Positions 10,992 to 22,242 of a DNA stretch of 64,000 nt are shown here, piece after piece. The notes below the pieces were generated by a model. The model was not told the DNA's origin. It searched no databases and saw only the letters and a program-made list of their open reading frames with translations. The stretch lies in sequence record NC_019526.1. One strand, 5' to 3'. The position numbers and the translations under genes were made by a program. The stretch's first letter is position 1. Each line of letters begins with the position of its first letter.

Positions 10992-11508
10992 AATTATTTT
11001 ATGTACAGATAAAAATTACGGTATAGGATATAAAAATACAATTCCGTGGCATAGCAGTGAAGATTTTAAACACTTCAAAGAAGAAACTTTGAATAAAACT
11101 GTTGTGATGGGATATAATACATGGAAATCCCTACCAAATAAACCATTGTCAAAAAGACTTAATATTGTGCTTGTTAATCGTGCATATGAAGATCGTGATA
11201 TGTATGATCAAACCAACGTCTTATTTCTGGATGAAGATAATTTAGAAAGTATTATTCGTAATAACCCTGATTGTGTTATTATTGGCGGTGCATCAATTTA
11301 TAAAATGAGTTTGCCTCATGTAGATGAAATCGTACATAGTATAATTCCCAAAGAATTTGTATGTGATTGCTTTTTTGACTTCACTATTGATAAGCGTGTG
11401 ATTATTGAACGTGAAAGTTGTAAAACACTTGATGATGGTATTATGGTGGATTATTATAAATGCAACCCAAATCCAGATTATGATGATTACGTGGATTCAT
11501 ATCAATGA
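10984..11508 (+). CDS. frd: Dihydrofolate reductase
   Basis: GIGYKNTIPWH..EDFKHFKEET, VVMGYNTWKSLP.KPL.KRLNIV, IIGGASIY; start moved to MAKII. Confidence 0.93.
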   Translation: MAKIILCTDKNYGIGYKNTIPWHSSEDFKHFKEETLNKTVVMGYNTWKSLPNKPLSKRLNIVLVNRAYEDRDMYDQTNVLFLDEDNLESIIRNNPDCVIIGGASIYKMSLPHVDEIVHSIIPKEFVCDCFFDFTIDKRVIIERESCKTLDDGIMVDYYKCNPNPDYDDYVDSYQ

Positions 11509-12089
11509 AGATAAAGGATATGGAAGTTCGTTTATGTGAGCGTGGTGAAATTTCTTCATTCATTGAAGAACATCATTATTCTAAAAATATTAATGGTTGT
11601 ATAACTGATTATTGTTTCAAATTAACATATAATAATGAAATAATTGGTGCTATGTTTTATGGAAAAATGGCTATGGCTAACCAATACAAAAGATTTGTTG
11701 ATAGAGAAGAAGATTGTATTGAGTTGCGTAGATTATGCTGTATTGATGATACACCAAAAAACACTGAAAGTTTTTTTATTGGTAAAACACTAAAATGGCT
11801 TAAAAAGAACACGCAAATAAAGGTGGTTGTTAGTTATGCAGATCAAGAATATGGTCATAGTGGTATAATTTATAAAGCATCTAATTTTGAATATAATGGA
11901 TTTAAAAAAGGTGCTAAAGTTATAATCCACAATGGCAAACAATATCATGATAAAGCTATTAGAACTAAGTATAAAGGGAAGTTAAAACCATTTGCACAAA
12001 GATTAAAAGATGCATTAGACAGTGGTGATGCTTATTATAAACAAACTGCTGGAAAACATACTTACACTTACAAGTTAAGGAAAACTTAG
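11505..12089 (+). CDS. Mom-like GNAT-fold DNA (adenine) modification protein
   Basis: IELRRL...DDTPKNTESFFI, VVSYAD..GHSGIIYKASNF match the Mu Mom family pattern. Confidence 0.7.
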   Translation: MKIKDMEVRLCERGEISSFIEEHHYSKNINGCITDYCFKLTYNNEIIGAMFYGKMAMANQYKRFVDREEDCIELRRLCCIDDTPKNTESFFIGKTLKWLKKNTQIKVVVSYADQEYGHSGIIYKASNFEYNGFKKGAKVIIHNGKQYHDKAIRTKYKGKLKPFAQRLKDALDSGDAYYKQTAGKHTYTYKLRKT

Positions 12090-12112
12090 TATCATATACT
12101 CAAGGAAGAATA

Positions 12113-13471
12113 ATGTCAATAAAAAAAGAAACTACAAAATTAAAACCCACCGCAGATCAGAAAGTTATACTTGATGATTTTTTGGATAGAGTTGATAATT
12201 ATCCAGGTAGGACTGAAGCTGTTCTTTCTGCACCTGCTGGTACTGGTAAAACGTTCACCACTGCTGAAATTATTAAATTACTTTATAAAGATTATAATAT
12301 TGCGGTAACTTCTCCTACACACAAAGCAAATTCCGTAATTCAAAATATGCTTATCAACCAAGCAGGGATTACAAAAGAAGATGCAAAGGTAAGTACTATT
12401 CATTCTTTTCTTGGGCTTAAATTGGTACAGGAAAAAAATCATCAAGTACTGAAGCACGATCCACATAGTAAATTATCAACAACCAACGTTGATGTTCTTA
12501 TCGTGGACGAATGTTCTATGATTTCAGAAGAATTATATTTCCATATACAGAATCAATTACATCGTGTACGAAGGGCAGTGTTATACATTGGCGATAAATG
12601 TCAGTTACCACCAGTAGAAGCTGAAGTTATTGGTAAAGAAAAATTATCCCCAACCTTTGATGTTTCAGTACAGTATACATTAACTGAAGTACTACGTCAG
12701 GCAATGGACAATCCAGTACTATCAGTCGCTACTGCTATCAGAGAATGCATCGGTACCAATAAAGATCCAATGCATATTATGGTCAATAACACAAAAGGTC
12801 ATGATACTATCACACCCATTGATGATGAAGATTTATTTCTGAATGTATATAAGGATTTTATTATTGAAAACAAAGGTAATAGTAATAAAATTTTTGATTT
12901 CGTGAATGAAAATAAAATCCTTGCATATACGAATATGAGAGTTAATATTGCAAACATGTATATCAGAAATCAATTATATGATGTACTTGATGAATTCGTA
13001 AAAGGGGAACCTATTGTATTTGAGAGTATTACCGAAAATAGTCCATATTCTGTTCAACAAATTATTCAGTGTCCAAGAGTGAGAAAAGAATCATTTATGG
13101 GTATTGATTGTTGGCAGTTTCAGTTACTTAATGGTAGTTTCATTTACGGAGTTGGTCCTTCATCACGTGCGGCAATGGAAGATCATTTACAGGATATGGT
13201 AAGAAAGATTGAAAAGAAAGTTTTTAATCCATTGACAAAACGACCATATGTATGGCAGGATTATTATATCATTCGCAATAAAATGCATATCATTAATTAC
13301 CCATACGCAACAACTGTCCACAAATCACAGGGTAGTACATTCGATAATATTTGGTTTGATACTGATTTCATTGAGAGAATCCCAAACAATGATATGAAAT
13401 GTCGAATTCTTTATACTGCAATGACACGTCCCAGATATAGTGTAATGTTAAGACAGAATGATTACTATTAA
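12113..13471 (+). CDS. dda: Dda-like SF1 DNA helicase
   Basis: APAGTGKT, IVDECSM, GDKCQLPPV, LTEVLRQ, YATTVHKSQGSTF, YTAMTR. Confidence 0.9.
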   Translation: MSIKKETTKLKPTADQKVILDDFLDRVDNYPGRTEAVLSAPAGTGKTFTTAEIIKLLYKDYNIAVTSPTHKANSVIQNMLINQAGITKEDAKVSTIHSFLGLKLVQEKNHQVLKHDPHSKLSTTNVDVLIVDECSMISEELYFHIQNQLHRVRRAVLYIGDKCQLPPVEAEVIGKEKLSPTFDVSVQYTLTEVLRQAMDNPVLSVATAIRECIGTNKDPMHIMVNNTKGHDTITPIDDEDLFLNVYKDFIIENKGNSNKIFDFVNENKILAYTNMRVNIANMYIRNQLYDVLDEFVKGEPIVFESITENSPYSVQQIIQCPRVRKESFMGIDCWQFQLLNGSFIYGVGPSSRAAMEDHLQDMVRKIEKKVFNPLTKRPYVWQDYYIIRNKMHIINYPYATTVHKSQGSTFDNIWFDTDFIERIPNNDMKCRILYTAMTRPRYSVMLRQNDYY

Positions 13472-13510
13472 AATAAATAACAAAAAGAACTCTATGTTTT
13501 GGAGAACAAA

Positions 13511-14071
13511 ATGAATAACCAAATGCATGTTTTTAAAATTACAGTACCAGGTAAAGTACTGGATGATAAACTATATTATCAATATACCGATTTCGAAGAT
13601 GTAGTAGGTGATGCTACTAAACCACCAAGTGATGCACAAACTGTTGAGAAAAGTAAGGCGTATGTTCGTATGCGTTATTTCAATATTCAACTGGCATCTC
13701 TAATGATTCCTGTGTATGCTACATTTGAACCAACTACTGCTGGTACTTGTGCTGTTATTCCAGATACACCAGTACTGCACATTGGATACGTAAGTTATGA
13801 ACCGTTCCTTAGTACTCTAAGTGATGCCGCACGTGCAGCCTTGGATACTGAAGACAAACGCACCGCTGCCGCAGCAAGTGTTATTGAACAACTTCTAATC
13901 GACGCCCTGGCTAAAGATCTGGTTGGTGAACAAGTACAAGTTCAAAAAACCACCAATCGCACTACAAGTCCACTAACAACCACTGAGGTTGATTATCGTG
14001 AAATCAGTATCGTGGAACTTGATGTTCCAGGAAGTGAAGTATTAGTTACTGTAGAATATGTAAAATTATAA
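13511..14071 (+). CDS. Hypothetical protein (possibly virion-associated)
   Basis: ORF with GGAG RBS; Thr/Ala/Val-rich. Confidence 0.75.
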   Translation: MNNQMHVFKITVPGKVLDDKLYYQYTDFEDVVGDATKPPSDAQTVEKSKAYVRMRYFNIQLASLMIPVYATFEPTTAGTCAVIPDTPVLHIGYVSYEPFLSTLSDAARAALDTEDKRTAAAASVIEQLLIDALAKDLVGEQVQVQKTTNRTTSPLTTTEVDYREISIVELDVPGSEVLVTVEYVKL

Positions 14072-14092
14072 TTTTTCAATTGGAGTCTTGAC

Positions 14093-14281
14093 ATGCAGGA
14101 TAAAAAATTCTATGATCGCATTATTGAAGATGAACAATTCTTTGATAAAGTAATCTATGATATTGAGCATTTTATTGAAAATGCTCCAACGGTGAAAGCA
14201 CGTCAACTAGGCTATGCAGTAAAACAAGGCTTAGTTGAAATCAAAAAAATTGCATCATACTATTCTGATGCTAAAAAATAA
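14093..14281 (+). CDS. Hypothetical protein
   Basis: 62 aa ORF, GGAG RBS. Confidence 0.7.
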   Translation: MQDKKFYDRIIEDEQFFDKVIYDIEHFIENAPTVKARQLGYAVKQGLVEIKKIASYYSDAKK

Positions 14282-14349
14282 TGCTTTACTAATGTTTTAA
14301 AATAACATATAATACAATCTTACCAATAAAAAACGGAGTAGTATAATAC

Positions 14350-14859
14350 ATGAAAGAAATTATTGCCAATGACAAAATTATTGCTAAAACTGTTCGTTTA
14401 GTAATGGACGGTTCTAGTGAAGTAATGGCAATTGCTAAAGCACGTCAGGAAGCCGATAATTTGGGTCTTGATATTGTGGTTGTAAATAATGGGGATGTGC
14501 CTGTAGTTAAAATTGTAGACCTTAACAAATACAAATACGAACTCAAACAATCAGAAAAAGCATCTCTGAAAAAACAGCGTCAGAATGTTATCAGTACTAA
14601 GGAGATTCAATTCACTTTCGGTACTCAGGATAATGATTTGATCGTTAAGGCTAAATCTGCTACTAAGTTTTTATCAGAAGGTAAAAATGTATTAATTGTT
14701 ATGAAAACCGTTGGTCGTGGAAATACACCTCAATTAGTTAAACAAAATATTGATGCGATGAATGCTTTTGTGAAACGTCTTGGTGAAGTAGACTTTATCC
14801 AAAAAGTCGAATATCAGGGCAAAAAAGTAACATGCACTGTCAAAAGTACTGTAAAATAA
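14350..14859 (+). CDS. infC: Translation initiation factor IF-3 homolog
   Basis: VVKIVDLNKYKYE, KEIQF...DLIVKAKSATKFLSEGKNV, GR motif. Confidence 0.85.
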   Translation: MKEIIANDKIIAKTVRLVMDGSSEVMAIAKARQEADNLGLDIVVVNNGDVPVVKIVDLNKYKYELKQSEKASLKKQRQNVISTKEIQFTFGTQDNDLIVKAKSATKFLSEGKNVLIVMKTVGRGNTPQLVKQNIDAMNAFVKRLGEVDFIQKVEYQGKKVTCTVKSTVK

Positions 14860-15414
<555 letters not shown>

Positions 15415-15419
15415 TAATA

Positions 15420-16039
<620 letters not shown>

Positions 16040-16051
16040 GGAGTAAATCCA

Positions 16052-16969
16052 ATGCCTAGTAAGAGTCAATCACAAGCACGATTATTTGCAGCAATGGCAC
16101 ATGATCCAGAAATTGCAAAACAACATGGTGTTTCTATGAGTACAGCAAAAGAATGGAATAAATCAGATGCAGAAATGGGTAATCTAAATAAAAGTTCTAA
16201 ACTACCAAAGCATGTAAAAAAAGAAAAGACTGAAGAAAGTTCTACTCGTGATATTCTGGATTATCTCAATAATCTGGAATTACAGGACGAAATAGAACAA
16301 GAAGAGAAAGCGGTACAGTACAGTACAGAACGCTCTAGAATGCATCAAGAAGGCTGTCAGTGCGACGATTGTTCCAATAATGAGCACCACTATTACCCTG
16401 ATGTACAACACGCCCAGGATTGCTCCTGTGATGATTGTGCTTCACATGTTGAGTTACAGGAAATGCCACAGAGATTTGATGCATTTGCTGGACAAGACCG
16501 AGATGAATTCGTTGATAAAACCGCTGAAATGACAGGCAGACACAACATGGTTCCATTTGCTGAACATGCTGATTATACTGTGTATAAAAATAAAAACGGT
16601 TCAGGGTTTATTGCTTATGGTAAAGATGGTAAACAGCTTGCAGTACTTAGTGGGTATGTGAGTGATAATGCAGTACATGGAGTACCAAATGTATTTGTTG
16701 AAGAAGCAATTGCATCCAAGACTGGTACTAAGGGTGTAATTTATACTATTTTCACTGATCTGTTAAATGCAGGATATAAAATTTTAAGTGATGAATTACA
16801 TTCAGATGATGCAATTGCTTTTTGGTCTAAATTGATTTCATCTCATCAGGTATATGTGGTTGGTGACGGTGAAGTACTGGCTCGTGCTAATACTCAAAAA
16901 TTACACAAGTATTGGAGTTCAGATGAAACAAGTCCAAGTGCAGAATTACGTTTATTACTAGTAAAATAA
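16052..16969 (+). CDS. Hypothetical protein with Cys/His repeats
   Basis: MPSKSQSQARLFAAMAH phage N-terminal motif; two H-x3-C-x-C-D-D-C repeats. Confidence 0.75.
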   Translation: MPSKSQSQARLFAAMAHDPEIAKQHGVSMSTAKEWNKSDAEMGNLNKSSKLPKHVKKEKTEESSTRDILDYLNNLELQDEIEQEEKAVQYSTERSRMHQEGCQCDDCSNNEHHYYPDVQHAQDCSCDDCASHVELQEMPQRFDAFAGQDRDEFVDKTAEMTGRHNMVPFAEHADYTVYKNKNGSGFIAYGKDGKQLAVLSGYVSDNAVHGVPNVFVEEAIASKTGTKGVIYTIFTDLLNAGYKILSDELHSDDAIAFWSKLISSHQVYVVGDGEVLARANTQKLHKYWSSDETSPSAELRLLLVK

Positions 16970-17066
16970 AAAATGGGAGCTTATGCTCCCATAAATATTT
17001 TTGAACAAAAACATTAAAATCAACTATAATTTATACGTTATAACAAAGATACAAAAGGATTTAATA

Positions 17067-19034
17067 ATGGCTAAGAAACAAGAAAGTTCAGTACTTCAAG
17101 AACATGATGTACAACGCCTTAATGATTATCAACATGCTCGTCTACGCAGTGAAATGTACTTAGGTTCAAGAAGTATCCATGAAAGTCAAGTTCTCATTTT
17201 TGGGGAAAATTCATACCAAGTTACTAACATGGAATGGGTTCCTGCATTACTCACTGCATGTCGTGAATTATGGGATAATTCACTTGATGAGTTTAAAAAA
17301 GCCGGTACTAAAGAACCGGTACTTAAAATTGAATTTGATGAAAATGAATTAACATTCAGTTGTATTGATAATGGACGCGGTATTCCGATTGATTATGTTC
17401 CAGATTTCAATACTAATCTCTGTACTATGGTAATGACTGAAACAAAGACTGGTAGAAACTTTGATGATTCAAAGCGTGATGAAACTATTGGTCAAAATGG
17501 TCTTGGTGGATCCGTGGCAATGCTTGTAAGTTCTAAAGCTGAAATGGAAATACATCGAAAAGGTCGTCCATATAAAACATCAGCGTCCAATGATTCATAT
17601 GATGGATTTTATAAATTCAGTCAAAATTTTAAAGAAGGTACTGAATTTATTCCAGAAATTCAAATTTCTGAACCAGTAATTAGAAAAATTAGTTCTGATA
17701 AAACAGGAACAAGTATTCGTCTAACATTTAGTCCCTCTGTATTTCCTAACAGAAAGTTGCCAATTGAACTGTTGTACAGTATTCTAAAAGAAATGGCATC
17801 AGCAAATCCAACATATAAAATCTTTTTGAATAATAAGCGAATTAATGTTAAACCAACTCCAGAAAAAACATTATTCAATGCATCTAAACTAATGCAACTA
17901 AATGTTAACGATGAATCTTTTAACTTTAACAGTACTTTTTATATTATTCCAAATGCTGTTAATAATATGAATACCAATTTTCATATGCATGGTTTAGTTA
18001 ATAATGCACCAGCGTTCGATGGTGGTACTCATTTAGATACATTCAAGAAACATTTTTCACTTGGTATTGCTAATGCTCTTGAAAAAGAAGCTAAGAAACG
18101 TAAGATGAAGCCAAATCGTTCTGATATTGAAGAAGGGCTTCTGATTTATAACGTAACTACTATGAAAGCACCTTCATTCAATTCACAAATTAAATCCAAA
18201 TTAACTAACGAAAATGTAGTTAAACCAATTCAACAAGCAATGAGTACTGAATGGTTCGACGAATTAGTTAAAAAGAATAAAGATTGGGTTGATGAAATAT
18301 TTGAACGCTGTGCTGCACGTACAAATAAAAAAGATGCAGAAGAAGATCGTCGTCTTGCTAAAAAACTTCTTAAAGGTAAAGTTGCCAAACTACTTGATTC
18401 AGTTGGTACTGATCGTTCCAAATGTATTCTAATGTTGGCAGAAGGTGATTCTGCTATTTCTAACATGGCTAGTGCTCGTGATCCTAATATTCATGGTATC
18501 TTACCTTTACGTGGTAAAATTATGAATGTTAGTGGTGAAGAGAAAACGAAAGAATTAATGGATTCTGATGCATTGCATGATATCATGGCTAGTATTAACC
18601 TAGTTCCAGGCGTGAAGGCAAATCGTGATGAATTGAGTTTTGGTAAATTATACATAGCAACGGATGAAGATACTGACGGCCTTAATATAGCCGCATTGAT
18701 TTGTAATTTTCTTTATAAATTCTGGCCTGAATTATTTCAGGATGCCGATAATCCGTTTGTGTATGTATTCAAAACTCCATTTATTATTCTGGAGAAAGGG
18801 AAAGAATCAAAATACTTCTATGGTTATAATGTTTCTGAATACAATCCTGAAGATTGGAAGGGTTGGAAAGCCACACGTGCAAAAGGATTAGGAACATTGG
18901 AAAAGAGTAATTTCAGAGACGCATTCACCAATAGTGTAGCGGTTGCAATTACCGATGATGGTAATTTAGGTGAAACACTGGATTTGATATTCAATAAAAA
19001 GAGAGCAGATGATCGTAAAGCATGGATGGCTTAG
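17067..19034 (+). CDS. Type II DNA topoisomerase large subunit (GyrB/gp39+60-like)
   Basis: ELWDNSLDE, DNGRGIP, GQNGLG, AEGDSA, PLRGKIMNV, TDEDTDG, KGLG. Confidence 0.95.
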   Translation: MAKKQESSVLQEHDVQRLNDYQHARLRSEMYLGSRSIHESQVLIFGENSYQVTNMEWVPALLTACRELWDNSLDEFKKAGTKEPVLKIEFDENELTFSCIDNGRGIPIDYVPDFNTNLCTMVMTETKTGRNFDDSKRDETIGQNGLGGSVAMLVSSKAEMEIHRKGRPYKTSASNDSYDGFYKFSQNFKEGTEFIPEIQISEPVIRKISSDKTGTSIRLTFSPSVFPNRKLPIELLYSILKEMASANPTYKIFLNNKRINVKPTPEKTLFNASKLMQLNVNDESFNFNSTFYIIPNAVNNMNTNFHMHGLVNNAPAFDGGTHLDTFKKHFSLGIANALEKEAKKRKMKPNRSDIEEGLLIYNVTTMKAPSFNSQIKSKLTNENVVKPIQQAMSTEWFDELVKKNKDWVDEIFERCAARTNKKDAEEDRRLAKKLLKGKVAKLLDSVGTDRSKCILMLAEGDSAISNMASARDPNIHGILPLRGKIMNVSGEEKTKELMDSDALHDIMASINLVPGVKANRDELSFGKLYIATDEDTDGLNIAALICNFLYKFWPELFQDADNPFVYVFKTPFIILEKGKESKYFYGYNVSEYNPEDWKGWKATRAKGLGTLEKSNFRDAFTNSVAVAITDDGNLGETLDLIFNKKRADDRKAWMA

Positions 19035-19037
19035 GAT

Positions 19038-20747
19038 ATGAAACATGATGAAGTAGTTAGTATAATTAAAAAATTTGCCAATGAAGTCAAGTCCAATGGG
19101 GAATCAGTACTAAAGCAAATTAAAAAGATGGATAGATATGAAGAAGTTATTTCATATCTAAAAAGCTATTATGGTGACTATGATATTAAAGTTCTAATTG
19201 GTTCAGTACTAAATGATTTAGATACCATTCCCATTGCTGCTTGTGGGAATGTATGTAGATTTGATGGATTAAAATTGAGGTACGTATGTGCCTCATATAA
19301 AATGAACAAAGAAGAAACATGTCCTGAGTGTCATATTAAATTAAAAGAAATAATGAACAACAACAGAATGCAATCTGTGGAAATGAAGTACGGTACTCCA
19401 TATATATCTAAAGTTCCAGAATTTAGAGAGAAAGCAAAAAATACAATGTTTAATGAGTATGGTGTATATAATATTTCTAATTTGGATTCTGTGAAAAAGA
19501 AAAAAAGTGATAATTATCACAATAAAAGTTTAGAAGAAAAAGAACGTATTAAAGAAAAAAATAAGAAAAAAGTAATACAGACATATGGTGTTGATAACGT
19601 ATCTAAATCTGAAATTGTAAAACAAAAGAAACTTGGTAATAAAAATCCATTCAATAATAGTACTTTTAAAATTAAAAATATCATTAATACAACCAAACGA
19701 AGATATAATAGCATAACAGACTATTTAAAAACCAATGATAAACCATATACACTAACTTACATGCCATTTGCATATAAAGATGACCATGTATTTCAATGTA
19801 AGTGTGGTGAAATTATAAGTTGTAAAATACAATCGTTTGATACAATACGTTGTTATAAATGTTTCCCATTGGAAGTAAGTTCTGGTGAACTTTGGTTGAG
19901 ACAAGAAATTGAAAATATTATAAGTAATACATCAACAAGTACTGAAATGTTATTAAATCAAAGGTATGATTTTATTGATAACAGAGAAATTGATATATAC
20001 TTACCTGAATTGAAAATAGGTTTTGAATTCAATGGTTCGTACTGGCATAATGATGAACACAAAGATAAGTACTATCATCAGAAGAAATCGATTTCTGCAA
20101 AAAACAATGGTATCAATTTAATACATATCCATGAATCTGATTATAATAAAATAAAAGATAAAATTGTAATGAGATTAAAACATGTATTAAACAAAAATGA
20201 TAAAACAATTTATGCAAGAAAATGTATTGTAAAAGAAGTATCATTTAAAGAAAGTGAAGTATTTTTGAATGAATATCATTTTCAACAATCATGTGTATCA
20301 GGTATAAGAATTGGATTATATTATGATAATGAATTAGTAGCATTGGCTACGTATGGAAAATCCAGATATGACAAAAAATATGAATATGAATTATTGAGAT
20401 TCTGTACCAAGTATTCGGTACCTGGTGGATTTAGTAAAATAATGAAATACTTTGAGCAAACATACAACCCTAAATCATTGATGACATATGCCGATCTTGA
20501 CTGGAGTAATGGTAATGTTTATGAAAAAAATGGGTTTGAGTTTGTGAAATACACCGAACCAAGTTACTTTTATGTGGATAAATATCAAAATAAAATTTCA
20601 AGATATGATTGTCGTAAAACGGAATTATTAAAACTGTATGATTGGGCTACCAATGATATGACGGAAACTGAAATCTGTAAAAAATTAAATTACAATAAAA
20701 TATATTCATCTGGAAATATAGTTTATCGTAAAATATATAACAAATAA
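19038..20747 (+). mobile_element. Free-standing Hef-like homing endonuclease gene between the topoisomerase subunits
   Basis: Repeated KYG/YGV motifs, Zn-ribbon cysteines, EIDIYLPELKIGFEFNGSYWH, GNAT-like tail. Confidence 0.75.
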
Positions 20748-20762
20748 CAAAGAGGCAATGGA

Positions 20763-22169
20763 ATGGCTAAAAAAGAAAAAACTCAAGGTATTGATAATGC
20801 AACATTAACGCTATTAGATTACAACAGTTCTGAATATTTGAATAGCACTTCACTAGAATATTCAATGTATACATTAGATCGTGCTATTCCCGGAATTGAT
20901 GGTCTAAAGAGTTCACAACGAAAAGCAATTTTTACGCTAAGTAAAATATCAGGTGAAATTAAAACAGTATCATGTGCTGGTCGCATGATTAGTGATGGTA
21001 TCTATTTACATGGTGATTCATCTGCAAGTGGTACACTACAACAACTGGCATCACCTGTAGCAAACAATTATCCACTCATTGGTAAACGTGGTGGTTTTGG
21101 TACACAGGTAAACAGTACACCAGCATCCCCGCGATACACATATGTGAAGAAGAACAAAAGTACTGAAGAATTAATTCTTCGTGATATGGAAATTATCCCA
21201 ATGCAAGAAAACTATGATGGTACCACTATGGAACCAACACATTTTCTTCCAATCATTCCATTATCGTTGTTTGGTAATGACAGTATGTCGGTTGGTTATA
21301 AGAGTACAATTCTTCCTTATAAAATTAAAGATATTATTGATAACTGTATCCGCGTTATTGATAAAACTGAACTAAGAGAAATGACCCCATATTATGTATC
21401 AGTTGGTGCAAGCGAAACTGTAACTAAACTTGATGAAAACAAATATGAGTTCTATGGAACAGCAGAAGTTATTGATGCCAGTACCGTAAAAGTTACTGGA
21501 TTGCCACCAAACTATAGCGTTGAAAAATTTGTTGAAAAATTAATTAAGATGGGTGATGATGGTGAAATTCGTGATTATGATAATGGTAGTACTGATACCA
21601 TTGATATAACGATAAAATTACCACGTGGTACATCAAGCAAATGGACTGAAAAGGATGTAATTGATTATTTTGGTCTATCCAAGAAAATTACACAAATTCT
21701 CACAGTACTCGATGCGAATGGTCGTGTTCGTGTATATGATAACACTTCTGACCTAATTAAAGATTTCGTCGAATTTCGTTTTGGCTACTATATTAAACGT
21801 TATGAGAAAAAAGTTAAAGATTGTACTGAAGAAGTTATATATAAAATTCTAATTAAAGAATGCTTTGATAATGATATGATTGGTAAAGTTAAATCATTTA
21901 AGAATCGTGCTGAGTTAGTTGATTTTGTAACTAAACTCAATATTGATATTGGGGCAAGTGAAGATAATATTCAAAGCATAGTTAATTATCCTTCTTATCG
22001 CTGGACACAAGAAAACTATAATGCAGTATTGAAAGATATTCAGGATAATATGGATTTAATTGATAAGTACAACGATTTACTTAATAATAAAAATAAAATT
22101 TGGGATATCTACAAAGAAGAACTTAAAGAGCTTCGTAAGATTGATTTTACACCAAAACAAGAAAACTAA
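20763..22169 (+). CDS. Type II DNA topoisomerase small subunit (GyrA/gp52-like)
   Basis: RAIPGIDGLKSSQRK, YLHGDSS, ASPRYT catalytic Tyr. Confidence 0.95.
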   Translation: MAKKEKTQGIDNATLTLLDYNSSEYLNSTSLEYSMYTLDRAIPGIDGLKSSQRKAIFTLSKISGEIKTVSCAGRMISDGIYLHGDSSASGTLQQLASPVANNYPLIGKRGGFGTQVNSTPASPRYTYVKKNKSTEELILRDMEIIPMQENYDGTTMEPTHFLPIIPLSLFGNDSMSVGYKSTILPYKIKDIIDNCIRVIDKTELREMTPYYVSVGASETVTKLDENKYEFYGTAEVIDASTVKVTGLPPNYSVEKFVEKLIKMGDDGEIRDYDNGSTDTIDITIKLPRGTSSKWTEKDVIDYFGLSKKITQILTVLDANGRVRVYDNTSDLIKDFVEFRFGYYIKRYEKKVKDCTEEVIYKILIKECFDNDMIGKVKSFKNRAELVDFVTKLNIDIGASEDNIQSIVNYPSYRWTQENYNAVLKDIQDNMDLIDKYNDLLNNKNKIWDIYKEELKELRKIDFTPKQEN

Positions 22170-22179
22170 TAATAAAGTC

Positions 22180-22208
22180 TGGAGCACATATAATAGTGCT
22201 CCTTTTTA
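22180..22208 (+). terminator. Rho-independent terminator
   Basis: GGAGCAC-ATATAATA-GTGCTCC-TTTTT. Confidence 0.7.
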
Positions 22209-22224
22209 GTAAATACCCTATATA
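22209..22224 (+). promoter_or_regulatory. Putative late promoter GTAAATACCCTATATA
   Basis: Near-identical to 10584-10599 (-); TAAATA core resembles the T4 late promoter. Confidence 0.5.
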
Positions 22225-22242
22225 AAACGGGAGAAAAGAAGA

